Part shown: piece by piece, positions 10,485 to 20,565 of the stretch
Position numbering within the stretch: position 1 is the first letter of the stretch
How the letters are laid out: every line of letters begins with the position of its first letter
Origin: Gammaproteobacteria bacterium
Lineage (GTDB): Bacteria > Pseudomonadota > Gammaproteobacteria > CAJXQU01
Direction of reading: 5' to 3'
DNA: 64,000 bases
NCBI GenBank assembly: GCA_965238175.1
Contig: CBDEGZ010000003.1
Location: 2,848,001 to 2,912,000 of the forward strand
Made by a program: the position numbers and the translations under genes
The notes under the pieces: model-generated
What the model was told of the DNA's origin: nothing
The model's input: the letters and a program-made list of their open reading frames with translations, nothing else
Databases searched by the model: none

Positions 10485-11639
10485 CTATTCCTCACCAAAA
10501 GCGCCAGGGCGATGATAAATTTTGATTGATTCAAACAACGCTCGATAATGCGTCAGCTCCTCCTCATCAATCTCGCCTGCATGCCCCATTTTTAAGGAAG
10601 GTTGAGCTTGCGACTGAAAATCACCGGAGTGATATTGGTGTAATTCAAATCTTTTTTCATTACCCACTCCCCGGGTGATTAGGTAGATGGCTTTCTTTGC
10701 ATAACCGATATCACGTTCTTCGTCGTGAAATATCCTATTTCGAAATTCCCATATGACATATTTGATAGCTTCCGAGAGAGAGCCTGAAAGCAGCCAATAA
10801 CCGAAGAACGATTCGTAGCCATAGGTGTTTCGCTCTTTCCAGACTCTTTTCTCAATTAATTCTTGTAGGACTTTGTCATGAGTTGTGAGATCAATCCAAA
10901 ACCAGCGCGGTTCGTTTTTCTTTTGGTCCCACAGATCCTTATTGTGAAATATAATACTTATACCCTCTTCGCCCAGAGATGGCAGAGCCAGAATGACATC
11001 ATCAAAACAAAAACCCTCCTCTTTAGACCCCACCTCCATAGGCTTGAGGTGTTGCATAGACAGGATGAGTTTATCGAGGTCACGCTTATAATATTCCTTA
11101 CCATGAGGTCCAACCCGGAACTCGAAAATCTTACCGTTAACGTATTTAAAACCTCGGAGCTCATGCAGATCATGCAGATCATGCAGATCATGCAGATCAT
11201 GATCAATATTAAAGCTGAACAGAGCCGTCATCGCACCAAGATCAAACCGTTTCTGCGGCGGCCCATAAAGCTCAAGCCCCCAGTCATTTTCGTAGATCGC
11301 CCTAATTTCAGTCTCAAAGCGCACTTTCGTCATGACACCATCGCGCACGTGCACTTTGATGGACTGGTTTTGAAATTGTTGTCGCTCATGATAAGCAGAT
11401 TTACTTTCTTCAGGTATTTGAAACAATAGCGTCAAGCGAGGATCGTAGCTCATGGTGAAACGCCCCAGACACGCGGTTGCTCTCTTTTCATTCATGGTCA
11501 TGCTTTTTTCCGTAAGGTAGTGAAACCGTTCTGGCCCTGGTGGTAAGACCCCTTCTAATAAACCTCGTCCAAAAACAAGGGCGATGATGAGTCCCATAAA
11601 TAGCGTCGCAATGGCTGCAATCCATAGTTTTGCTTTCAT
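10485..11639 (-). CDS. Membrane-anchored protein resembling Tli4-type T6SS immunity proteins
   Basis: N-terminal TM helix, TACLGRF and GFCFD motifs; internal HDL repeat. Confidence 0.5.
   Translation of the reverse strand: MKAKLWIAAIATLFMGLIIALVFGRGLLEGVLPPGPERFHYLTEKSMTMNEKRATACLGRFTMSYDPRLTLLFQIPEESKSAYHERQQFQNQSIKVHVRDGVMTKVRFETEIRAIYENDWGLELYGPPQKRFDLGAMTALFSFNIDHDLHDLHDLHDLHELRGFKYVNGKIFEFRVGPHGKEYYKRDLDKLILSMQHLKPMEVGSKEEGFCFDDVILALPSLGEEGISIIFHNKDLWDQKKNEPRWFWIDLTTHDKVLQELIEKRVWKERNTYGYESFFGYWLLSGSLSEAIKYVIWEFRNRIFHDEERDIGYAKKAIYLITRGVGNEKRFELHQYHSGDFQSQAQPSLKMGHAGEIDEEELTHYRALFESIKIYHRPGAFGEE
11161..11201. repeat. 9-bp tandem repeat TCATGCAGA x4.6
   Basis: Directly visible; encodes HDL repeats in the minus-strand ORF. 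Confidence 0.95.
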
Positions 11640-11823
11640 ATGTTTTTTCTAATCAAGATTGTTATCCATCTATAGAGTTAAAAATACTCATTTCAACGTA
11701 TTACATCAACCAATTGTTAAGCGTAGAGAGTGAATTGATATACTCTGTTTTTAAATGTTAAGAAATACTCATTACAAACGAGCGCCAGAGGAGAAACTTT
11801 ATCCGACGACTGTTTCTTTTTAG

Positions 11824-12309
11824 TCAAGATTTTTTCTTAAGGTTACCAAATGAATTCAGATCAGGGCAATCAACGTTATAACGCGCATAATATTGAAAAG
11901 TTCTTGACTGCTCGTAAAAGGGGTAAGAACAAAGCCGATACCCGTGGGCTTCTGCAAAATCGGCAAGCCGATTTGAAACCACGTAGCCACAAATTATCAG
12001 CCCAACAGCCAGAGCAATGAAAGTTGGCATAAGGTATTTTTTCAACAATCGATTGCCGCGCTCTGTGAATATAAGATGAAAAAACCAAATCGAGGGACCG
12101 ACAAATAGAGCTGCACGTGTCCGAGGAACATCGAAGAAAGCAGCCTCTTTCTCGATTAATTGATAGGCTGTCCAATAATCCTTCAGCAAGAATAGCAGCA
12201 AAACAAATGCGAAAAGATCGAATATAGCCATCATGACATGAAACCTGCGCATATCAGCACCAATCCAATGCGCTACCCTGACCAATTGATCAAAACTGCG
12301 GTCAAACAA
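11824..12309 (-). CDS. Membrane protein, DUF1240-like (T6SS-associated)
   Basis: Three hydrophobic segments followed by GYRLC...YY...DC. Confidence 0.5.
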   Translation of the reverse strand: MFDRSFDQLVRVAHWIGADMRRFHVMMAIFDLFAFVLLLFLLKDYWTAYQLIEKEAAFFDVPRTRAALFVGPSIWFFHLIFTERGNRLLKKYLMPTFIALAVGLIICGYVVSNRLADFAEAHGYRLCSYPFYEQSRTFQYYARYNVDCPDLNSFGNLKKKS

Positions 12310-12330
12310 GTTATCTACCCGAAAAAATCA

Positions 12331-12472
12331 AGGGACTAGCCAGCCTGATATTTAGCCATTAGAATTTATGGCAATGAGCAGTTTCATCAAGAAATTGCAG
12401 ACAAGTAACAAGGCCAAAAAAATTAATGTCGCACAGTGGGATATTGGGCAAAAATCAAGCTGGCTACCCCTT
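12331..12472. mobile_element. Small MITE or internally deleted IS
   Basis: Imperfect ~28-bp TIRs AGGGACTAGCCAGCCTGATATTTAGCC and GGGCAAAAATCAAGCTGGCTACCCCTT. Confidence 0.55.
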
Positions 12473-12517
12473 AATATTTTTTTATTTTTCAAAATTAAAG
12501 TCAAAATATTTTAGATT

Positions 12518-13489
12518 TTAAAATTTATCATTGTCCCACCATTTTTCAAATGTCTTAGGGCAAACTTTTTTCAAAGAGGCCTTATTATCTTCATCCCATT
12601 CAAAATCAATTTCTTTATTTTGAAATTCAAAATTATATTTTGACTCTTCATCATCCCAACTATCACCGCCATATTTTTTGTTAAAAACTTCATTAGGAAT
12701 GTAACTAATTCCCTCCAAAGAAGGATAGTCAACCGTATCAAATTCTTGACAGAGAGAATCTGGGTTTTGTATTGCTAACGTAAATATGTCTTTACCTCTT
12801 GAAATTAGCCAGTACCTAAAATCCATAAAACCATCATCACTACACCCCCCTAATACTATATAAGCAACAGCCCAAAGATTTCCTAGATATGCTTCATTAT
12901 GTGATTTTAAAAATTGATAATAGTAACCCATTAACTCCTCAGTGCTTAAACCATCTAATATTGATGTAAGTTTTTCTAATTGCTCCTCTGCAGATCCGGC
13001 TGCCTTTTTTGAGATTTCAATAACATCCCAAAATTGTACTTCACTAAACAAGTTTGCTGGATTGATTAATGACTTTTTTATTTCATTTTGTTTTTTATCG
13101 TCTATAAATATCACATTGTCATCTATCCAACTTTGCACCCTTTTCCCATTTTGATTTTCTTTATCTATCTTCAGACATTCGTTTATATATTTTTGTGCAT
13201 TGCCGGTATCATTTAACCTGTAATAAGAAAACGCAACTCTGTATTTTGTCTCGGCATTACTGTCAGATTCTGTTTCATCTACCTCTAAAAGATATTTCAA
13301 GGCTTCTTTAAACTTATCAGGATCATTTTTTTCGTTGCCTATATTATTTAATGCTCTCCCTATTTCTGATTTGAGATATAATTCATTCTCAGGGTTCATA
13401 ACTTCTTTTGAAAATTCTATTATTTCCTGGTGTTTTTCAGCATCATAAAATTCTTCAACTGTATCGATAATTGTTTGTAAATTTGTCAT
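12518..13489 (-). CDS. TPR plus DUF4240 domain protein
   Basis: TPR-like N-half; FWDVIE...LWAVAYIVLGGCSDDGFMDFRYWLISRG. Confidence 0.85.
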   Translation of the reverse strand: MTNLQTIIDTVEEFYDAEKHQEIIEFSKEVMNPENELYLKSEIGRALNNIGNEKNDPDKFKEALKYLLEVDETESDSNAETKYRVAFSYYRLNDTGNAQKYINECLKIDKENQNGKRVQSWIDDNVIFIDDKKQNEIKKSLINPANLFSEVQFWDVIEISKKAAGSAEEQLEKLTSILDGLSTEELMGYYYQFLKSHNEAYLGNLWAVAYIVLGGCSDDGFMDFRYWLISRGKDIFTLAIQNPDSLCQEFDTVDYPSLEGISYIPNEVFNKKYGGDSWDDEESKYNFEFQNKEIDFEWDEDNKASLKKVCPKTFEKWWDNDKF

Positions 13490-13508
13490 ATTAGATTATT
13501 AAATTTTA

Positions 13509-13653
13509 ATGGTTATTAACATCCTACTAAACGAGGTTATCTGTTGAGGTTCTTTTTAATAAGTAACTTATTGGCTTCATTTATTTCCAATTATAATACT
13601 AATCTGTTCAATTCATTTCACTTAATGAATATGTTCAGCACATCAGTAACCAT
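13509..13653 (-). repeat. attC-like intergenic element D
   Basis: Ends ATGGTTATTAAC (13509-13520) and ATCAGTAACCAT (13642-13653) are near-complementary and overlap the kptA stop. Confidence 0.45.
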
Positions 13654-14200
13654 TGTTTTTATCATTAATTGTTAAATATTTTACTGGAACACTATCAGTA
13701 AGCCAGATCTCATTTTCAGATTTGAAAAATTCAAAGCCATCCTTGTCCATTTCTTTAGCAAATATTTTAAGAACGATTGGTTTGCCGTGCCGTTGTCCAA
13801 CTTTAATTGCAGTATCAATATCCTTGCTTAAATGGACATGATGTCTTTTTCTTCTCTCCAGTCCAACTTTGAAGATGTTATCAATATTTTTTTGGGCTGT
13901 ACCGTGAAACAAAACTTCAGGAGGTGTTTTTGGAGTATAGCCTAAATCCAAATTTATTGAGTGTCCCTGATTGGCTCTTATTTTTGATTTGTCTTCATTA
14001 AAGCTAAATCGTTTTTTACTGTTTGTGTCTACAATTATAGTCAAGGTTTCAATATCAATTGCCTTTCCATAATCATTCATTTTTTCAATAAGCATTTTTG
14101 TGTCCGTCCAACCACTATCAGAAAGTTTGATTTCGATAGTCTCAGGCTTATGTCTAAGAACTAAACTTAGAAACTTACTCAGTCTGGTATATCTTTGAGT
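13643..14200 (-). CDS. kptA: RNA 2'-phosphotransferase (KptA/Tpt1); start codon apparently lost
   Basis: LSKFLSLVLRHKPE in frame upstream of the listed ORF; IRANQGHS, LFHGT, RHHVHLS; in-frame TGA at 14204-14206 with no ATG before the N-terminal motif. Confidence 0.85.
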   Translation of the reverse strand, partial: TQRYTRLSKFLSLVLRHKPETIEIKLSDSGWTDTKMLIEKMNDYGKAIDIETLTIIVDTNSKKRFSFNEDKSKIRANQGHSINLDLGYTPKTPPEVLFHGTAQKNIDNIFKVGLERRKRHHVHLSKDIDTAIKVGQRHGKPIVLKIFAKEMDKDGFEFFKSENEIWLTDSVPVKYLTINDKNNGY

Positions 14201-14277
14201 TAATCACTATTCGTAAATTCTTCCATTTTCCAATAATTCACCAAAGAAATGACTAATCTAATGAGTTAAAATCGGTT

Positions 14278-14679
14278 TCATTGTCTTTCATGCATCTTGC
14301 TCCACATTCCAAATTTCCAAAAGGGATCAAAGTTGTACCAATAATTTTCTGTTTCCGATTGGACACCAAAATATCGATATCCATTTTTCAACTGTTTGTC
14401 TTTCATTCGATAAAGTTCCGCGATTTGAAATTTTAAAACTTCAATCGTAAAGTCATAAGGATTTAATTCAGATACATTGATTTTATCAATGGTTTGTCTA
14501 ATCACTCGATTTGTAAATTTTTTACTCATTAGATTTTTGTCAGGTGCAATTTTACATTCTAACCATTCCCTTTGAAATTCAATTGATTCACTCACAAATG
14601 CGTTTTTAATTATCTCCATAATAAAGCTACAGGTTAACTCCTTCGCCTTATTCTGTTCAACTGTTTTATATAGTACCAA
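14278..14679 (-). pseudogene. Hypothetical gene fragment next to the IS4 end
   Basis: Begins immediately at the IS4 terminus; low GC. Confidence 0.4.
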
Positions 14680-14680
14680 T

Positions 14681-15800
14681 CACTGCTGTCCCGTTAACTT
14701 TCAAACCAATACCAATTGCTGAACTGTATTTATCTCATCGGGTAACGGGTCGTCTTGCAACAACGCTAACAACGACCGTTTATCAAAGAGATTACGTTGC
14801 AATACACGTAAGATTTGTTGCATGCTCTTCTTGAGTCTGGACTGAAATTTGATGAATACCATCAGTAAGTAAATGCACATTGCTATCCATACCTGTGTCA
14901 TCACCGCATTCTTACTTGTGCCGATGAATGATTTGATTTTAAGGTTTTGTTTTATCCATTTAAAAAATAATTACACTTGCCAACGTGCTTTATAAATATC
15001 AGCAATCGTTTTCGCTGCAAGTGTAAAATTATTGGTGAGAAACACATCGTGTTTCCCTGTTTTCGGGTCACGATAACCAATACGACGTAACTGAGCAGGG
15101 CATTTTTTTGCGGTTTGGAACCCGGTGAATTCAATGGTTTGGTCACACGTCAGTCCTTTGCTTTTCAAAACATCGCTCCGACCTATCACACGATATTTAG
15201 CATGCGTTTTGAGGCGCGTTACAAAGAATATCCCCTTGTCTGTCAATTGCTTATACCAGGCATCGTCATTGTACGCTCTATCAATAGCGACAATACTTCC
15301 CTTGGGAAAAGACAGTGTGCGACCCACCGTCACGTCATGTGTTTTCCCTTCCGTTACCGGGACAAACTCGGGTAAATAACCTGAATGGTTCAATTCAACA
15401 TGCAGCTTTATCGCGCCTTTCGTTGTACGAAAGTCAGCCCACGGGAAAACGGATAAACACAGGTCAATCGTAGAGGCATCCAATGAATACAATGTGTTTT
15501 TAAAACGGAAAGATTGTCCTGGCGTTAACCCCTGACAACGTGCTAACAATTTACCAAACAAGGCCTCATAAAGTGTGTAAGGTTTATCTTCATTGATACG
15601 GGACAAATTGGAGCGAGATAATTTTACACTACCCAAATGATACAGACGATGCGCTTGAGCTGACAGGTTCTCGACAATATCTCGCAAGCTGTTTCGAACC
15701 GACAATTGTGCCATTGCCAGTGTCACAAACTGAGACCAACGTGAAGCTGTTCGAAACGAACGACCACGGTGATGCTGATTTGCCAAGGGCTCAAACTCAT
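14681..15800 (-). mobile_element. IS4-family (DUF4372-type) element, 5'-truncated, transposase pseudogene
   Basis: SLDASTIDLC, IKLH, IDRAY, YKARWQV*LFFKWIKQNLKIKSF with a nonsense codon at 14971-14973; end GGGACAGCAGTG. Confidence 0.88.
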
Positions 15801-16977
15801 ATAAAGAGCTATTTGTAAAAGATCCCCCGTTTGGAAAACCTATTTCTACTCCCCAAACGGAGCTTTAAACTACGGTGATTTGTTCGAATTGTATGCCAAG
15901 CACCCGAACTTGAATTCATAGGATGTAAGAAAAAATCAGAAGCAGGATAGACCTTACGAAGTGCTACATACAAGGTTTCAGGTAAAGATGTGGTTAAAAT
16001 ATGGAATGGATGAATTCAGGTTTGTTTGTTGTGGTTGGAAACCAGAAAATGCTAAGAACGATAGTATTTATTCTGATGATTTGAAAACAATCAATCCCAA
16101 TTTATGAATTGTCCGTTTCAATGTAGGGTGCAATGAATTTTGATAATCAAGAAAGGGACTCCTTGCCGGAGTTTCATAGATCCAAGGGTGAGTTTTATGT
16201 GATCGTAAAAATACTAGATATATAAAAAACGACATACAGCAACGAATAAAGTCGCGCTGCTTTCTAGCAAGTGCTTCTTAACATTAAAAAACAGACTCTA
16301 TCAACGCTTATCGAATAAATTAATAATAGAATCATTAAGTGATGTATCCATTAAAAACAACTCAAAAAACGAACGCTATACCATTAGAATAAAAGAAACT
16401 ATTAACATAGAAGAAAGGAAATTTATTTGGATGGCTTATCTGAACTTTATCTTGATACTGAACTTCAGGAATCATACTTTAAGCATTTTGCTTTTAAAAT
16501 AATTGGAAGCTCTTACATTTTAACTGAAGTGAAAGAAATTAATAGGCATAAAGTCTTTGCTATTCTCCAAGCAAATTTAATGAGCGTAGCAGGTGAATAG
16601 ACAGGAGTTGATGAAAAATGGCTGGTTAAAAATATAATCGACTCATTTGAAAAACGAAATATCTTATTTGATGTATAAGTCGATATTTGAGGATTATTTG
16701 GAGGAAAGGTCAGGAAAGGCACCACAGGCTATTATACTTATACCTTACCCTCCTTCCATAATTAATAGATTCCATATCTAAAATTTTGATAATTTAATTT
16801 TTAGAGACTATTCAAGATAACGCAACTTAAAGTATTATCTAAAGATGAGAAGAGTCGATTAATTGAGTTATTTATTGCAGACTTAACCGCTCGAATAGCT
16901 GCCTCATTAGTCGATGTGAATGTATTAGATAGCGAATTCAAGACAATAAGTTAGATGAAAACACGGTGACTGTTTTG

Positions 16978-17110
16978 TCCAGTGGACTTCTTTTAGTCGC
17001 TATCAAAGCGGAGTTGCGTAGCAATAGCGGGCTATTGAAAACGACTCAACGCACAGAGGCGCTAAAAGAAGTCTGCTGGATGGGTATTTCTTATCCCGAG
17101 TTCAGGTTAT
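16978..17110. repeat. Palindromic MITE/REP-like element, one terminus preserved
   Basis: TCCAGTGGACTTCTTTTAG pairs with CTAAAAGAAGTCTGCTGGA; inner CAATAGC/GCTATTG; terminus CCCGAGTTCAGGTTA. Confidence 0.7.
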
Positions 17111-17131
17111 TTAGTTAACAGAGTATTCTAG

Positions 17132-17749
17132 ATGTATGGCAGCTTAAAAGCTAATCATGGGGTCAAACCATTGGGAAACAAAAATACAGACGCTGTCATT
17201 TTTCTGCTTATGCAAGAGGCTGATGCGGCATTTTTCATACAAAAGTTACAAGAACATGCACCGTTTACGGCTTTAGAACATATAGTGTCCATTCAAGCTC
17301 TTGAACAACGCATCGAACACTATACCAATACAACGACATGCCCAGCACGTATTATCTCATTCTGTTCACCCCTCATTGTACCGCAAACCATTTTAGAGCG
17401 ACTACAGTTTAATGCCTATAATTTCCATCCCGGCCCGCCAGAGCGCCCTGGCTTTCACCCAACAGAATTTGCTATTCATGAAAAAGCTGAAAAATTCGGT
17501 ATCACTTTTCATCAGATGTATGCAAAGGTCGACTCAGGGCCAATCATTGATGTGCTACGTTTTCCTATCACGCCAGAAATGAACGTTGAGACACTTGAGG
17601 CTGAATGCTATAAAGCTCTTTTAAGTATTATAGTAAATCGAGCTGCTGAACTTGCCAACGTCAGCTTTCATTTTGAACCAATGCGTGAAGATTGGTCGGG
17701 CATAAAAACAACCCGCAAAGATCTCGAACGAATATATAAATATGGGTAG
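17132..17749 (+). CDS. Formyltransferase-family protein
   Basis: YNFHPGPP, GITFH and VDSGPII motifs. Confidence 0.8.
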   Translation: MYGSLKANHGVKPLGNKNTDAVIFLLMQEADAAFFIQKLQEHAPFTALEHIVSIQALEQRIEHYTNTTTCPARIISFCSPLIVPQTILERLQFNAYNFHPGPPERPGFHPTEFAIHEKAEKFGITFHQMYAKVDSGPIIDVLRFPITPEMNVETLEAECYKALLSIIVNRAAELANVSFHFEPMREDWSGIKTTRKDLERIYKYG

Positions 17750-18074
17750 AGCTTATGATTAGAAAATAAATAGTCAGAGCCTGAGGGATCCCATGAAATT
17801 GGTATAAATAATCAAGCATACAACGGCTCTCTCATGGGTTGTTATATGTGCTCAGAGGCTCTTGTCCAATCTTTCTCTTTGAGTTTTAACGTTCTATCTT
17901 TGAAACGCTCTCAATTTTCACCGAGGAAATATTTCCTAATTTATAATGTCGTCTTTTTTGATTGTAAAACGGGCTCTATGTAATTAACCTGATGTGATGG
18001 TCTCCTCCCCCTAACGGCATCTAGGTGCCATGATTGAACTGACATACACACAATCAAAAGAGGAGAAGACCAAA

Positions 18075-19088
18075 ATGAAGACTACAACAATCGGGTTAGA
18101 CATAGCAAAAAACGTATTTCATGCTGTCTGCTGTAATCAACAAGGGCGTATAATCAAAAAGAAAATGTTAAAGCGAGCGCAGGTACTCTCCTTTTTTCAA
18201 TCTCAACCTCCTTGTTTAGTCGCAATAGAATCTTGTGCAACGTCACAGTATTGGGCCCGAGCGATACAACAACAGGGACATCAGGTGAAATTACTACCAC
18301 CTCAGCATGTTAACGCATTTCTAATCGGCAATAAGAATGATTATAACGATGCCTTGGCCATCGCCGTTGCTGCGAAACAACCTCATTTAAAAAGTGTGGG
18401 CATTAAATCAGTTGAGCAACAAGACAACCAGGCACAACATAAAGCAAGAGACTTAGCGGTCAGACAAAGAACCGCATTATGTAACCAAATGAGAGCGCTT
18501 GTTGCAGAATATGGCATTAGCCTTCGTCCCGGCCTAAATACCCTACGTCAATCTATCCCGTTGCTATTAAGTGATGAGAACGAACGGTTGTCCGTTACTT
18601 TCAAAAGGATACTGCGCCAGCTAAAGGAACAATGGCAATCACTTGATGCCTGTATTGCGACATTTGACCAATTGATCATTCAATCGGCAAAAAACAATGC
18701 GATTTGCCAACGCTTACAAACTATTCCAGGGTTTGGGCCGATGGTCTCGAGCGCGTATTTTAATGAAGTGGGAAACGGCGCTCATTATCACAAAGGGCGC
18801 GATGTGTCCGCCTCATTAGGACTTGTTCCACGACAGTACAGTAGTGGTGGTAAAGAGGTGCTACTGGGGATCAGTAAACGCGGCAATAAATACCTTCGTT
18901 GTTTGTTAATTCTAGGCGCGAAGGCCGTGGTATCAAGAGCCAAAACGAAAGGCGATAAACTGAGTCAATGGATTAATCGTTTAGTTGAGACGCGGGGGCA
19001 TAATCGAGCGTGTGTGGCGTATGCCAACAAAATGGCAAGAATGGCCTGGGCTATAACGGTTTCTGGTGATGACTACTCACCGGCCTAA
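18075..19088 (+). CDS. IS110-family recombinase/transposase
   Basis: IGLDIAK, AIESC and KNDYNDA (DEDD); GLVPRQYSSGG and ISKRGN; AGGAG RBS before the 18075 ATG. Confidence 0.93.
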   Translation: MKTTTIGLDIAKNVFHAVCCNQQGRIIKKKMLKRAQVLSFFQSQPPCLVAIESCATSQYWARAIQQQGHQVKLLPPQHVNAFLIGNKNDYNDALAIAVAAKQPHLKSVGIKSVEQQDNQAQHKARDLAVRQRTALCNQMRALVAEYGISLRPGLNTLRQSIPLLLSDENERLSVTFKRILRQLKEQWQSLDACIATFDQLIIQSAKNNAICQRLQTIPGFGPMVSSAYFNEVGNGAHYHKGRDVSASLGLVPRQYSSGGKEVLLGISKRGNKYLRCLLILGAKAVVSRAKTKGDKLSQWINRLVETRGHNRACVAYANKMARMAWAITVSGDDYSPA

Positions 19089-19318
19089 ATAGAGAGAACA
19101 AATCATTTCAACGAATTGCGAAGGTAAAACTAAAGATGGCATAACAGGTCAAACCAGCCTATTGAAAACCTGTCGAGCTCAGGGGTAACTAATACCGATA
19201 ACCTGATAAGGAAAATAGGCGCGTAATACATCCAGGTCAGAAGTTGAAAACTTCATTGAAGGCCGTATATATGACAGCAATCCTGTCCCTGTTATCTGAA
19301 TGTTTTATCTTGCAATAC
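19089..19318 (+). ncRNA. Predicted bridge/seek RNA of the IS1111-type element
   Basis: Nested stems ATAACAGG/CCTGTTAT, GCCTATT/AATAGGC, GGTA/TACC, GAAGTT/AACTTC; loop segments match the target and the circle junction. Confidence 0.75.
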
Positions 19319-19339
19319 GGGAGGAGACCATATATGAAC

Positions 19340-20565
19340 TGTAGAAGTTTAGACCCAATCTGACACATCACTAAATCAAGCGGAGCGTAGCGACGCTTGA
19401 TTTAGTGAGAGTTACCCGCTTTGATGTAACTGCAACGTAAACATCAAAACACAAAGAGGTAACTCTCATGATTCATACTAATGACAAAGTTATAAAACAT
19501 AAAGTTGGTCTACTCAATCTCGCTGAAGAACTCGGCAATGTCTCAAAAGCCTGCAAGATGATGGGTTTGTCCAGAGATACATTTTATCGCTACAAAGAAG
19601 CGGCTGATGAAGGCGGTGTAGAAGCCTTGTTTGATCGTAATCGGCGTACCCCAAATCTTAAAAACAGAATCGACCCGGCTATTGAAACCGTTGTGCTCGA
19701 GTATGCACTGGAAGAGCCCGCACATGGTCAAACGCGCACCAGTAACGAGCTGCGCAAACGGGGAACATTTGTCTCACCCAGTGGCGTTCGTTGTATCTGG
19801 CTTCGTCATGGTCTTGCTTGCTTTAAAGATCGCCTGAAGGCATTGTCTGATAAGGTAGCTGGTGAAGGCTTGATCCTCACTGAGTCTCAAGTCGCGGCGA
19901 TGGAACGCAAAAAAGACGACGATGAGGCTTGTGGCGAGATAGAAACGGCACACCCTGGTTATCTTGGCTCGCAAGATACTTACTATGTCGGTACTTTCAA
20001 AGGCATTGGTCGGGTTTATCAACAAACGTTTGTTGATACTTACAGCAAGGTCGCTCACGCGAAACTGTACCCGACTAAAACACCGATTACGGCAGCTGAC
20101 ATGCTCAATGACCGCGTCCTCCCATTCTACGAAGAACAACGTTTGCCTATGTTGCGCATTTTGACAGATAGAGGGACGGAGTATTGTGGGCGAGCTGACC
20201 AGCATGATTATCAGCTTTATATGGCGTTGAACAATATCGAACACACCAAAACCAAGGTCAAATCACCTCAGACGAATGGTATTTGTGAGCGATTCCATAA
20301 GACGATCCTCAATGAGTTTTATCAAGTCGCTTTGCGTAAGAAAATTTACCAATCGATTGATGAACTGCAACTCGACCTTGACGAATGGTTGCTCAAATAC
20401 AATACTCAACGAACTCACCAAGGCAAAATGTGCTGCGGGAGGACGCCGATGGAAACACTCATCGACGGACAAGCTATCTGGAAGGAAAAGTTTTTGAACT
20501 AAACTTAACCTGACAGTCAGTTACAGAAAAAGGGGTAACTGTCAGATCAAGTCTGAATTTCTACA
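19340..20565 (+). mobile_element. IS481-family element copy 2 (transposase 19468-20502)
   Basis: Same termini and ORF; no TSD; joins the accessory island to a truncated backbone gene. Confidence 0.95.

Larger units (their letters stand above)
17990..19334 (+). mobile_element. IS110-family (IS1111 group) element, intact
   Basis: Sub-terminal 13-bp IRs ATGGTCTCCTCCC (17997-18009) and GGGAGGAGACCAT (19319-19331), set 7 and 3 bp in from the inferred ends; long 3' non-coding region. Confidence 0.9.

Noticed and set aside
11161-11201. 9-bp repeat as a mini-CRISPR or iteron array
   Set aside because: No spacers; it is an in-frame coding VNTR
15800-16970. Possible genes in the AT-rich interval
   Set aside because: Only short stop-interrupted fragments with no supportable product
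8167-17792. 13-bp inverted match (8167-8179 and 17780-17792) as composite transposon ends
   Set aside because: They resemble IS ends facing away from the enclosed DNA, with no transposase or TSD; probably separate relics
3039-20565. Inversion between oppositely oriented IS481 copies 1 and 2
   Set aside because: Swapping the flanks does not restore TSDs (GTTTAGT vs GTTCATA; TTTAATT vs CATAAGT)
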